Shown here piece by piece: positions 49,165-62,012 of a stretch of DNA of 64,000 nucleotides. The stretch covers positions 56,048,001 through 56,112,000 of the forward strand of contig NC_043005.1 of the NCBI RefSeq assembly GCF_006345805.1, in the 5' to 3' direction. The first letter of the stretch is position 1. Every line of letters starts with the position of its first letter. The notes under the pieces are model-generated. The model worked only from the letters and a program-made list of their open reading frames with translations. It made no database searches and had not been told where the DNA came from. Source of the DNA: Octopus sinensis. Taxonomy: Eukaryota. Both the position numbers and the translations under genes were made by a program.

Positions 49165-49238
49165 CCGGCTGCAAGTAATTAAATATGAAACTGAACGTCC
49201 ATTACCCATGGATATTCCACCTGTGCTTACTAGTTATA
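49165..49238 (+). CDS. Probable internal coding exon (74 nt, phase 2-1) of an unidentified gene
   Basis: Acceptor ttaatccctttaaatgcag, consensus donor gtaagt. Only one frame is open: RLQVIKYETERPLPMDIPPVLTSY. Complex sequence with retained CpGs in an AT-rich flank. Confidence 0.6.
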
Positions 49239-50269
49239 GTAAGTGTAGGAGAGAGAGAGAGAGAAAGTGGTGGGGGGACATATGGATGATTGATTAGCTT
49301 TTTAAAGTGTTAGTAAAATAAATGCTGCCTTTTCATATGGATAACTATTGTATGTATGTAACCTATGATGTGGCTTGTTCTAGTTCACATATGTGAGCAA
49401 TACTTAAGGGTGGTTCCTGAATTTAAACAGCTGTTCAAAGCTTCTTCATTCTTTGCCATAATGTCTTTCTGCCTATATATATATCTTCACAGCAGAAACA
49501 TTCATCTTATCTTTCATTTATTTTTTTATATATTTATTATTTTTTTTATATATTTATTATTTTATAAATTTTGTCTTATGAAACCATATTTATTCCTGAC
49601 CAAGTTTCTAATATCAAATCCACTATGCTAAATGAATATATAAATTCCTAAATGCAAAAATGAACGCTCTAATCTGGTTGAGATTTAATATTTCAATTTT
49701 AATGTATTCAATAGTATATTTAAGATCCTCTTTGATTTGACTTGCAAATCTAGGTTTTGTGAACATTTCAAAAGAAATGATATTCTAATATTTGATTGAT
49801 TTATCTATTTATTTATTCATTCAGTTTTTCTTTTGTTTGTTTGTTTTAATCTCTTGTTTCACTATTTCAATGATGTGCTGTTCTACTTTGAACATGTTTA
49901 ACAGAGGTTTTAGGCTACTATGAATTAAATTCAATCAATCATGAATCAGTTTTACCTTTATTTTATAAACTTATTCTTTTACTAATTGTGGTCATTGGAC
50001 TTTAGCCAAGCTGGGGTACCCACTTCAAGAGTTTAGGTGATTGCATTTACCCACCCCACTTTGCAGCTCTTGATTCATACTTATTTCCCCTCTGTGCCAC
50101 TTAGAACCTCCTTCCCCCACCTCCATTGTTCCCTGTCTCTGTGTGTCTTTCTCACTCTCTCTCTCTCTCTCTCGCACCTCCCTCTGCTTCCTTGTCTTAC
50201 CAGAGTAGCCAAGTATCTCCACCGTAGTAAGACAGCTATCTCTATCGCCTCTCAAACTCAAACTTCTCA

Positions 50270-50975
50270 CCTGATGCATAGCCACATAAAAAAGAAAAGA
50301 TCAGTGCCAGCACCATGTAAAAAGCACCAAATACATTCTGTAAGGTGCTTGGTGCTAGGAAGGGCATCCAGCTGTAGCAACCATGCCAGAATAGACAACT
50401 GTTGTCTGGTGCAGCCCTCTGGTTTGCAAGCTCCAATCAACCCATACAACCCAAGCCAGCATAGAAAGCAGGCATTAAATAATGATGTATGAAATTGCAA
50501 TTGTGGCCAATGCCAATGTCCTGTAACTGGCATGTAAAAAGCACCCTTCAAATGTTGGGTGATATGCTGTGCTTGAGAAGACCTGTCAAGCCAAGTGAAA
50601 TTGTAGATATGGCAGGCGTCAGTGCTGCATAACTGGCACCTGTGGTGGTGGCATGTAAAATGCATCCTTCAAATTTTGGGCCTTACGGAAGCAGTGATAA
50701 GTGACCGAGACCTTTGGCAATATACTGTGCTTGAGAAGACTTGTCAAGCTAAGTGAGATCATAGTCATGGCCAATACTAGTGTTTCATAACTGGCACCTG
50801 TGCCAGTGGCATGTAAAAAGCACCCACTACACTCTTGGAGTGGTTGGCGTTAGGAAGGGTATCCAGCTGTAGAAACCATGCCAAAGCAGACTGGTGCAGC
50901 TCCCCAGCTTACCAGCTTGATCAAACTGTCCAACCCATGCCAGCATGGAAAACAGACATTAAATGGTGATGATGA
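50270..50975 (+). mobile_element. Two tandem RTE 3'-end copies, the second with an internal direct repeat
   Basis: GTAAAAAGCACC...AGGAAGGGCATCCAGCTGTAG...AACCC..GCCAGCAT.GAAA...ATTAAAT.ATGATG twice. 50670-50740 encodes LGLTEAVISDRDLWQYTVLEK, the RTE ORF end. Confidence 0.85.
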
Positions 50976-52275
50976 TGAATAGCAAAGATGACCTGTGCAA
51001 GAATTTAAATCGAAATATTAAAAGGATGTAATTACATATCACAAAGTACTCCATATAATGTTTACCTATTTTCTCATCAACTATCCTTCTTTATGCTGTA
51101 GGTATATTAGTCTCTTTGAATATACATATTAACTGTTTGAAATTTTTATATGAGGTTATCTGAAGTTACTGTCTTCTAAAACTTTAGACTTCATTGTGTT
51201 AAATGTTGTTATTTTCTGGAAACCCTGACATTTTATGATCTGGCATTTATTTTTTTTTCCCCCCTATTTTTTTTTTTTTTTCGATTTGCCATAATATAAA
51301 AATGAATTTAAATGCACTGAATACAAAAACTGGTGAATGTGAGGTATATGAACTATACACGCATGTATTCTGCTTTTCCTTTGATTTTTCACTAATTGTG
51401 AATACATTAAGTTGCTTTTAGAATATATAGAATATAGCTAAGTGCATAGAGAGCAAGACTCATTTCCCTTCATTAATAACCGATGCTTTCAAATTGCTGA
51501 CTTGCTTTCTGTTATTGTTTTCAAAACATTTGACTTCCATTATCTCAGGGTAGCTTTGGTTGAATAAATGCAAAAGTTTTGAACATTTACATGCAAACAT
51601 GGAGCTACTTTTGCACTTACTACATAGATATTACCATCTCTATCTTAAAAGTAATAGTACTGTTTTCCAGATTGGCTTTAGTATGGCTGTGTGGTTAAGA
51701 TGTTGACCCTGCAACTACATGGTTCTGGGTTCAGTCCCACTGCATGAGTCTCTGGACATCAAATGTCTTCTACAATAGTTTCAGGTTGACCAAAGCTTTG
51801 TAAATGAAATTTGGCACATGGAAACTGTATGGAAGCCTGTCAGGAAAGCCATTTGTATTCTTTGTTGGTAGGTTTAAGCTGTCATTCAAATAAACATTAC
51901 TACTTGCCCCTTGAGTGTCTTTTAACATAGTCCACTCTGTTGTAAACATTTATGTCAATTCTCCAATATGAAGAAGATAACTTTCTCTGTTTCATCCACC
52001 ATTCTCAGAAAACGGTAATGAACATTACCATTGTAAGACTTCCCAAAAATTTTTTTTAATATAAAAAATCTAACGAGGGAAACATAATGCTATCAATTTT
52101 AAAGATTGAACTCTTGACTTTCAGATCATGTAATCAGTATTTTTAACTACTGAACTCACTACATTCTTTTATGTTATAAATATAACTTTTATAAACTTAT
52201 TTAAACTTTTCAGTGTGTGAGTTGAATTATTGACAGAATTGTCAACGTATTTTTACATTTTTATTTCCTCTGCAG

Positions 52276-52414
52276 GAATCGGTTAGATAAACGTGTCTTC
52301 ACAAGACATTGTCATCTTTGTACTCATGACAAACTTGTCAGATGTACTGTCTGTCTGACTTCAACTGAAGCTCTGTTGAAGGATGCACTTCTTAGTGCTG
52401 ACATTTTAGCATGA
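52276..52414 (+). CDS. Candidate terminal or downstream exon
   Basis: Strong acceptor ttttatttcctctgcag. Phase 1 splicing from 49238 gives ...TSY-RIG-stop; the phase 2 frame is open for 45 codons (NRLDKRVFTRHCHLCTHDKLVRCTVC...). Ambiguous. Confidence 0.3.
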
Positions 52415-53139
52415 ATCAAGTTAGATTTTATTGTATTTGAGCAAATCTTCAGTTAATATTTCATTATACATTCACTAGTAAACACTGAACATTGTATGTG
52501 AGCAATATTTTCCCTTTCTGTTAGTTTCTCTCCCTTTCATATCTTCTCTCTCTCTCTCTCTCTCCATTTCTTTCTTATCCTTTTTGTACAAGTCATTAGA
52601 CAAGGAGTTTGTTCCAAACATGCATATGCATAGGCTTGTATATATGTAAGAGACAGAAATAAGAAAAGGGGAAGAAAGAGAGAAACAGACAGAATGATGG
52701 AGAGAAGATAAAGTAATAGAATTAAGCTTCCAGGTATAGCTTTATTGGATAAAGAACACAACAAATAGATTCTTCTACTGGTTTCAGTTACTGAGTTAAT
52801 GGCCCCACTTTTAACACACAGCCTTCAAAGTGTGATATGATGTAGCAGTCACAAGTCCAAGGAAGACTGCACTTCATGTCAATATTAGTATCACTTAAGG
52901 CGATGAGTTGACAGAATTGTTAGGACGTTGGGCAAAACGCTCAATGACTTTTCATCTGTCTTTGTGTTCTGAGTTCAAATTCCACCAAGGTCGACTTTGC
53001 ATTTCATCCTTTCAGGGTCAATAAAATAAGTACCAGTTGAGCACTGGGGTCAATGTAATCGCCTTACCCACCTTCCCCTAAATTGCTGGCCTTGTGCCAA
53101 AATTTGAAATCAATATTAGTGTTACCCTCAAGTTTTCAA

Positions 53140-53935
53140 GAAACCTATCCATGCGCATTCTATTTTTTGTATGCTGAATGTTTCCCATGCAGGTCTTTTT
53201 TGTGGGATGTTAATTCAGCTTCTTTGGGATTGCATGGGAGTCAGGAAGAAAGTACTTTCTGAGGAGCTCACTGCCAACATGTAGGATGTTCTCTTTGCAT
53301 TTCAGTATTTAAGTTCATATGTTTTTTACCTCTGTTGTTCAGCAAGTGTTGTCTGAGAGATACTGATCAACATCCGAATGATGTCTGCATTCATTTGAAG
53401 CCTCTGCCTCCTTCATCTCTTCTTAGATAGAACCTTTCGATATCAACATTTTTTTGAAGTTTCCACTTGATGACAAGATCTTGCAAGTTTTAATTTCTAT
53501 GGAGTAGATTTCCTCTGCAGACCAGTCAAGCATCCCAAATGTTAGAATCAGCACTGGTACTGAAAATGCATTGTGGGATATTGTCTTGATGTAAGAGAAG
53601 AGTTCTGACTGCCATATTTTTCTGAATCTGATGTAATATTACTGGGTCATTCTATCTTTATTCACAACACTTTCATATACCGTTTTCATCAATGCCTAGA
53701 TATTTGTAGCATTTTTGTGTGCAACAGGAAAGACAAGGAGACTGTTGATACATAGGCACTGGGTTTGTGGTACTGATTTTCCATGTTCAACAGTCAACTA
53801 TGAACATTTCTTTTGGCCAAATTCCATTCCTGTGTCAGCTGAAAATGTTGTAATTAACTCCAGCTGTTTTTTTGGCATTGTAAGCATTCTTAGCTCTTTA
53901 GGTCAACCACAAAGAATATATTGGTATCTGTAGCA
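53140..53935 (-). mobile_element. Decayed R4/Dong-like (R2-group) non-LTR retrotransposon RT fragment
   Basis: Minus strand FFVVDLK (YMDDLK-like), FSADTGMEFGQKKC, YKYLGIDEN, and SELFSYIKTISHNAFSVPVLILTFGMLDW...IERFYLRRDEGGRGF. Confidence 0.8.
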
Positions 53936-54109
53936 GTTGCAAACCCTAGTTATGTGTCAGAAATGATAATAGATTTATTGCCAAAATAAACAGAATTACA
54001 GAAAAATTATATACTTAGAATATTCTCTTTCATATGTAATGTAGAATGTTTGTATGTATAGAATGAGATCTATCCAAAAAAGAAACAGATTTATCTTAAA
54101 AACAAAATC

Positions 54110-55260
54110 ATTGCTTTACTTAAAGTTTAAACGAAACTGTTTCCTTCAAAATGTCTCCCTCCTTTAATGATACATTTTTCAATCCCCCACCCCAGGTTTG
54201 AAATGCATCCTAGAACAATTTTTTTTTTCTGGGCACTGCTCAGTTCTTTAATTTATTCTATGATCTGATATCAGTTACTTTTCAGATTGGATTTAAACTT
54301 TTGGATCAGGAAATTCTCTCTCCTGAGAGTAGGGTGATTAGGAATTTGAATATTTTTGTGCTTTACCAAAATGTGATGAATAAGGAGTGATATGCTAGAG
54401 TGTTACCATGCCACAGTAGCTAGGTTTTGTTTGTCCATACTTCTGACATTTTTTGTATTGCTTCTTCCAAAATGCTTCTGGGCTTCCAAATGAAATTTTT
54501 CATTGGCCATATAGAACTAATTCATAATGAGCAACACTCTTCCCATCATTACCTTAACATTTGAGCAACTATGAAGTGCTTTATTTGTTTGTGGAGTTGC
54601 AGTGATGATAATCCAGTGTGCTGTGACTATTATCATTTTGTATCAGCAACATTGTTATACACTCATGTTTCATCACTTGCTATGACACTTTTCAGAAAGT
54701 TTTATCAGTATTCGAATTATCAAACAACTCTTGGCACTCTAAGAGCAGACTTGGCATGCTTTTCTTTTTAAATCATGCAGTATGAACTTATGCAAATGCC
54801 TAATCTGGCTGTCCACCAGTTATGATGATGAAGTGTTCCAATTGATAAGATCAATGTAACAGCCTGCTCATGAAATTAGCATATATGTGACTGAGAAATC
54901 CATTGGCATGCATACTCATGGAGATTCAGCACAACTTACCAAATTTGATAAGGTTGGCCCTTTGAATTACAGGTACAACTCATTTTTGCCAGCTGAGTGG
55001 ACTGGAGCAACATGAAATGAAGAGTCTTGCTCAAGGACACCACATACCACCAGGAATCGAACTCGATGATCTTATGATCATGACCCTAATTCTCTAACCA
55101 ATGAAAACCACCTGTCTACCTCTTCAGAAACTTCATGGATAGTTTGGTGAGGATTTTCATGTATCACAGCACACACTTTCACCATGTAATCATCGTCCAT
55201 TGTCATAGAAGATTGCCCAGATTTGGGATGGTTATTTACAGATAGAGAGAGGGTGAGAGA
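54110..55260 (-). pseudogene. Highly decayed mariner transposase, interrupted by a family F SINE
   Basis: HPKSGQSSMTMDDDYMVKVCAVIHENPHQTIHEVSEEV (mariner PRSGRP...HTH) near 55100-55230; C-terminal DAFQTW...EKCIIKGGRHFEG near 54140-54210. Confidence 0.7.
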
Positions 55261-55458
55261 GCAACAAAGAAGGATCAATTTTAGTACTTCACTGATACTT
55301 TGTTTTTTGGGGGGGTGGGGGGTTACTCCAGAAGGATAAAACTCCAAGCTGACCTCAGCAGGATTTGAGCTCAGAGTGCAGTGACATAACAAATACAGAA
55401 AGGCATTCAATCCAATGCTTCAATAACTTTGCCAATCTGCAATCTCTCTCTCTCTCCA

Positions 55459-55503
<45 letters not shown>

Positions 55504-56101
55504 ACACACTCTCTCACACACATGAGAGAGAGAGAGAAATAATGCAATGTGGCAAATAGGATTGAAGCAAGGGATACTAATACAATTTAATAGTTGCTGC
55601 TTTCCTTTCTGTATAGTAAAATCAGGACTTAAAACGAATTATTTATATTGCTTTTGAAAATTAATTGTAACATTATAATGCATTTTGAAATACATTTTTG
55701 ATTCTCTGTTAAATTTTTTTAAAAATTTTCTCCCAGTTGAATAATATGTATTCTTTTCTTTTTTTTAATTTTTATAATTTTTATTTATTTATTTATTTAT
55801 TTTTGCACTGATATTGTGAAAACTATATTTATAGAATTTCAAAAGATCTAATCTTAGTTTTCTCTGGGAATGGGATGAGTTTGGTTGGAAACATTCACTA
55901 TTTTAAGGTTGTCTGAAATATTATGTAAAAAAACTAAAAATTTCCTATTAAGTAAAATCTAAAAACATTTGTGTTTTAGAGTATAATATTTGGGATTTTA
56001 TTTTTTCCACAACACTATATTTTATCTTATTTCAGTGTATAATAATTTCCCTGTACGTGATATGTTTGTATGTATAAAGTATGTGTGTGTGTGTATGTAT
56101 G

Positions 56102-56153
<52 letters not shown>

Positions 56154-56596
56154 CATATGTATGTATGAATATGCATGTGTGTGTGTATTTTATATATATT
56201 TGTATATTAGTACGTATGTATGCACTACCATGTTGTTCATATTCTACTTGTAATATGAACACAAGTTCATACTTGATAAAGATTTAAAACTTCAAAAATA
56301 GAAATTGAAAATTTTTCCTATTCACATTAGAAATTTTGAAAAAGCAGATGATTAAATTTTTTTTTTTTAAGTTTAAAAAAAATAACTGTTAAATACTCGA
56401 AGTCTATTGCCATTATATTTGCAGTATATCATAAAATTTCAATGTAATATAATAGATTTTTTTCTTCCATGTTACTAAGTTAACAGTGAAAATATGTTTT
56501 GTATAATTTCATAAAAATGTGTTTCTTCCATCAGTTTTAGCTGTGTTTCCTTCCAGCTTTGTGAAATATTACACGCCAAGCACTTTAGAGCAGGAT

Positions 56597-57051
56597 TTAA
56601 CCCTTTAGCATTTAAACCGGCCATATCCAGCCCCTAATATCATACCTGTTTTATGTTCAAACTGGTCAAATCTGGCCTCTCATACCAACCCTACAATGTC
56701 ATTCTAAAAATAAACAATCACATCATTGAAATCTTTAAACTGTGAGATAATGCTGGATTAATTCAAAACAATATGAATAGATAAGCTTTATGAGGGGTTA
56801 TTGAAAATTTTCTGGCTTTCAGGGTATCACAAAAGGCCAGGCTGGAGGTCCAACCTTCTGAGTTCTTTTACAGGGCTTAGAAAAACTGAAAGACTGTTAT
56901 GGCTGCAATATGTGTGTGTATCTGAGAGAGGAATATGTTGAATAAAATAATAATTTACCGATTCTCCTGTGTTTTCTCTTACCCAGCGCCAGAAAGTTTT
57001 CTAGCCCCTCCTCGTACATTTAACAGGGTAATCTGAATGCTAAAGGGTTAC
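56597..57051. mobile_element. piggyBac-type MITE (family E) carrying a nested mariner MITE
   Basis: TTAA-CCCTTTAGCATT ... AATGCTAAAGGG-TTAC, with its body interrupted at 56789-57016. Confidence 0.8.
56789..57016. mobile_element. Mariner-derived MITE
   Basis: TA-TGAGGGGTTATTGAAAATTTTCTGGC ... GCCAGAAAGTTTTCTAGCCCCTCCTCG-TA. A second copy in the opposite orientation lies at 58405-58627. Confidence 0.8.
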
Positions 57052-58404
57052 AGTTCTATTGATTCATCCTTGCACTACACCCTGCTTTCACTTTTCATAC
57101 TCTCTCTTTTACTCTTTTACTTGTTTCAGTCATTTGACTGCAGCCATGCTGGAGCCCCACCTTTAGTCGAGCAAATCAACCCCCAGAACTTATTCTTTGG
57201 AAGCCTAGTACTTATTCTATCGGTCTCTTTTGCCGCACTGCTAAGTTACGGGGATGTAAACACACCATCATCAGTTGTCAAGCGATGTTGGGGAGACAAA
57301 CACACACACATACATACATATATATATATATATATACGACAGGCTTCTTTCAGTTTCCGTCTACCGAATCCACTCAAGGCTTTGGTTGGCCCGAGGCTAT
57401 AGAAGACACTTGCCCAAGGTGCCATGCAGTGGGACTGAACCCGAAACCATGTGGTTGGTAAACATGCTACTTACCACACAGCCACTCCTGCGCCTATGTG
57501 CATGCTTTTCATTTCATTTCATTTATGTGGCTAATATCACCTGATAAGGCATCACTGTCATATTCTTATTTGTTCCCAACCACCTCACTGAAGTCAATGA
57601 TTGATCACTTTTTCATGGCTATCTGTCATTTTGATCAGCTCATAAGTTGTTTTATTGGTTTCTATTATTGTCATGTACCCATGCTGAGCAGCCACCTTTA
57701 CAGGTTTAACTGATCAGATTAGTCCCGATACTTATTTTAAGTCCTTTATTTATTCTACTGGTCACTATTTTACTGAAGCACTGAATGACAAGGACATGCA
57801 CAATGCAACTTAACCCTTTTACTGTGGAAAGATATATCTACTCAGAATTAATACCCTTAATTACAGAAAGCAGTTTTATATATCAATCTATCATTTGTTG
57901 AGGAATGTCATGTTTGAACCTATTTTCTGTTGAAATATGTCAAGTTTATTGAAACAACATGACTTGCAGAAAACAACTATATTTTTTGGTAGTTATTTGA
58001 TATCATTACGAGAATAGCTATATCAAGATAGCAGGGAAAACAAATATGAAATTGCGCATGCACACACACACACACACACGCACGCATTTATATATGTGAC
58101 AGCTAATGCACAGTCCCCCACCTATCAAATTCACTCACAAGGCAATGGTCAACTCAATGGTATAGTAAATGACAATCATCCAAGGTGCTGCACTGAATCC
58201 AAAACCATGTGATTTTTAAACCTGACCTGATTGGCCATCACATGAGCTCTTTGATATTAAGATTTACTTGATTGAAACCAAATTTAAGGCTGAGCATCAT
58301 CTAGCTTTTCTTTGCTAAAATGTGAGATTGTAGCAGGTAAGATGTGTCAAGTTTTGAATGAATGAGTGAGTAAATGAATCAATATATCTTCTCTGTTACT
58401 ACCT

Positions 58405-58627
58405 TACACAAAGCGGTGCAGAAAAGTTCCTGACTTTGGGTAAAAGAAAATACAAGAGGGTCTGTTAATTATGATTTTATTCAATGTACTCCCCTCTCAG
58501 ATTCACACACTTATTGCAATGGTCCTTCAATTTTCCTAAGCCCTGTAAAAGAACTCAGAAGATTGGGCCTCCAAATAGGGCTTTTGCAATACCCTTAAAA
58601 CCATGAACTTTTCAGGAGCCCCTCATA
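58405..58627. mobile_element. Mariner-derived MITE, second copy
   Basis: Reverse complement of 56789-57016 (AGCCCTGTAAAAGAACTCAGAAG...ATACCCTTAAAACCATGAACTTTTCAGGAGCCCCTCATA). Confidence 0.75.
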
Positions 58628-59598
58628 TATGAATGTAATAACCCATTTCCCACCCTGCACCATTTAGTTAAATTCACAATACAATTTGACTTACAGGTAT
58701 ATAGTACCAGCACCAGTGCCATGTAAAAAGCATCCAGTACCCTCTGTAAATTGGTTGATGTTAAGAAGGGCATCTAGTCATAGAAACCATGCTAGAACAG
58801 ACAACTAGTGTCTGGCCCAGCTATCTGGCTGGCTAGCTCCTGTCAAACCATCCAACCCATGCTAGCAAGAAAAACAGATGTTAAATGATGATGATGATGA
58901 TGTGGTTGGAAGTCAATTCACTTTGCATTCACTGTTCATGCTCTTGATAGAGAAATTGATATCACACAACCTCTTACTTACTTTGCCCTCCCTAAATTGA
59001 GATGTAAAGAAATTATTTTATACGATATGATAAATTTTTGTATTGTCAAGATCACTGCAAAAAATATATTTTAAAAAAGGAAATTTTTTTTTTAATAAAA
59101 AAAGAAGTTAGATTCTTGTGAAAATTTGAAGCTTTTTAGTAGTTTCATTTCTATTCAGCTGTCACAAGTCTCTTGATACATTTAAACATTATAGATAAAA
59201 AATAATATTCATGATTTAAAAACCAAAATATCATATATGATTATCTAGCAGCACAGTTGTTTTTTCTTTCTTTCTGTGTTTTTTTTTTTTTTTTTGTCTT
59301 TTGAGTTTCCTTAAATGTCTTAAAGAAATTCCCACACTGCCAAGGAAAAAAAAAATCTCAAAATCTGTTTTTAACACTTCAGATGGAATGATAAAACAAC
59401 TTCAACTGTATAAGATAAAATCTGTTTCAGTTAAAATATGATAACTATCTATGACTTAAAATATTGATGCTAGAGATGAATGTAATACTTGCAAAAGCGA
59501 CATTTTAGGTAATACTTTAAACATGGTTTGAGAAAGAAAAGTTAGAGTGTAACTTTATTATTCAGTAGTCATACTTTTTATTATTATTATTATTATTA

Positions 59599-60666
59599 TG
59601 GTGGTAAGCTGGCGGAATCATCAGCATGCTGGACGAAATGCTTTGCTGTATATCACCTGTCGCTACATTCTGAGTTCAAATTCTGCCACGGTCAACTTTA
59701 CTTTTCATCCATTCAAGGTCAATAAAATAAGTACCAGTTTTCTACTAGGGTCGGTGTAATCAACAATCTCCTTCCCCAAATTTTAGGCCTTGTGCCTATA
59801 GTAAAACGGATTATTATTATCATTATTATTATTATTGAGACAAGCTGAGAGAATTGATGTTTAGTAGCATTTCATCCATCTCTTCAGTCTCTCTTCAGAG
59901 ATTGAATTCTACTGAGGTCGATTTTATCTTTCATCGTTTCAGGGTCGATAAAATAAGTACCATTTGAGTATTGAGGTTGATGTAATCAACTTGGCCCCTC
60001 CCACCAAAACTGCTGGCCTTGTGCCAAAATCTGAAACCATTATTATTAAGGTGGCAAGCTGGAAGAATCATTAGTATGCCGAACAAAATGCTAAGCAGCA
60101 TTTCTTCAAGCTGTTTACATTCTGAGTTCAAATTTTGCCAAGGTCAACATTGCATTTCATCCCTTCGAGTCCATGAAGTACCTGCCAAAGTACTAGTGTT
60201 AACGTAATCAACTATCCCCTTTCCTAAAATTGTTGGCCTTGTACCAAAATTTGAAACAAACAAATAAACAACAATTTCAGCAACATAAATAATAATAATA
60301 ATAATAATAATAATAATCCTTTCTATAATATGTACAAGGCCTGAAATATGGGGGAAGGGGGCTAGTCAATTATATCGGTCCCAGTACTCAACTGGTACTT
60401 ATTTCCTTGACCCCGAAAGGATGAAAGGCAAAGTTGACCTTGGCAGCATTTGAACTCAGAACTTGAAGACAGATGAAATACTGCTAAGCATTTCACCTAG
60501 CATGCTAATGATTCTTCCAGTTCGCTACCTTAATAATAATCCTTTTTAATATAGACACGAGGTCTGAAATTTTGGGGTAGGGGACTAGTCGATTATATCG
60601 ACCCCAGTGTTTCGCTGGTACTTAATTTATTGATCCCAAAAGGATGAAAAGCAAAGGTGACCTTGG
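59599..60666. mobile_element. Cluster of five family A SINEs: three + copies facing two - copies
   Basis: + copies at ~59599-59820, ~59836-60045 and ~60047-60256; - copies at ~60315-60533 and ~60541-60666. Junctions are (TTA)n/(TAA)n. Confidence 0.9.
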
Positions 60667-61627
60667 TAGAGAGAGAGAGAGAGAAAGCAGCATGTCCATG
60701 AACAGGAAGCTAAAGTGTGTCTGTTAGCAAGTTAATGTCTAGTGGAATCATATCAAGGGTGGACAAAATGTCTTGTGATATTTGTTTCCAACTTCTTTTT
60801 GCTCTGAGTCCAAATCTTACCTAAGTCAACTTTGCTTTTCATCTTTTTAGAGTTGATTAAATAAAGTACAAAACCAAGGTTGTAGTTCAGTGGAATTGTT
60901 AGAGTACTGGGAAAAAAAACAAAAAAAAAACAAAGGCTTTATGGTATTCATTCCAGCCCTTTGCCTTCTCAATACCCAGGTTGATCTAATGAATTTGTTT
61001 GCCGCTAGTTAGAAATATTTTGTAAAAGGAAATTAAAAAAAAGCAAAAAAAAAAAAAAAAAAAAAGACAGACAGGGGGAAACTCTTTATATTCTTCCACA
61101 AAATTCAATGACAAGGCACAGACAGCTTTTGTCAAAGAAGTCATAAGAAGCATTCATTGACCTCATTGCTTAAGAATTAATTTGCATTTCTTGGCAGATC
61201 AACACAATGATTTACATTTTAAGTCATTCTCATGTTCAGTTGTCAAACCTCTTCATAAGTATTGTATCACCACAGATCGATTATTGTTCTTCTTTATATA
61301 TCATGTAGTTGTATTGTCAACTATATGCCTCCTTTATAATGCAAAAGAACTTCTTGTATATAAATGTTATTCTACTTAAGCCAATAGGCCTCTCCCAAAT
61401 TTTTTCTATATTTTCAATGGCAAATTCTAACATACAGTTACCATAAATATCCTCCATTCAATGTTTGTGTGTTTTCATGATCTAGTAACACTGTTTTGTT
61501 TTATCTTGTGTTTATTAAATACCATTCCCTTTTGACATTTTTTATATTTTGTGAACTGGGTCTACAATAGTTAAGTTTCTCTATAAAAAACACAACACCG
61601 TATCTGTAAAAAGATATAATCTATTGG

Positions 61628-61781
61628 TTCTAGTGTAGCTAGGGTGGCACTTTTAAAAGGAAAGCTCTTTTGGGTCTGCTACTTTTAGGTCTGCTATAGG
61701 CAATATGTGTTTTTTGTGGGGTTCGGGGGGCGGCAAAGGGAAGGGCTGCTCCAGGCAGCACACACTCTAGCTACACTAGTC
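61628..61781. mobile_element. hAT-type MITE with an 8-bp TSD
   Basis: Inverted repeat CTAGTGTAGCTAGGGTG / CACTCTAGCTACACTAG (16/17). TSD TCTATTGG at 61620-61627 and 61782-61789. Confidence 0.8.
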
Positions 61782-61826
61782 TCTATTGGCCTTTCAACCA
61801 TTTGGTTGGCTTTCAAACTCAACAGT

Positions 61827-61862
<36 letters not shown>

Positions 61863-62012
61863 CGTTAATATCCATGCATTCATGTCAGCATACCAATATA
61901 TTTCCTCAGAAACTTTTACTTTTATCATTTATGAGACCTAATATTTTCTGTAACTGACCTAGTTATTTTTATGAGGCCTAACATTTTCGTGTTTGACCTA
62001 GTTAAGTTTCAG

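Noticed and set aside
1024-56287. Dozens of ORF-track entries rich in YI, CV, HT or I/Y runs (e.g. 1024-1257, 11144-11503, 12777-12999, 39178-39583, 41195-41411, 55990-56287)
   Set aside because: They are read-through of (TA)n, (TG)n, (CA)n and (ATT)n microsatellites that lack stop codons, with no splice or homology support.
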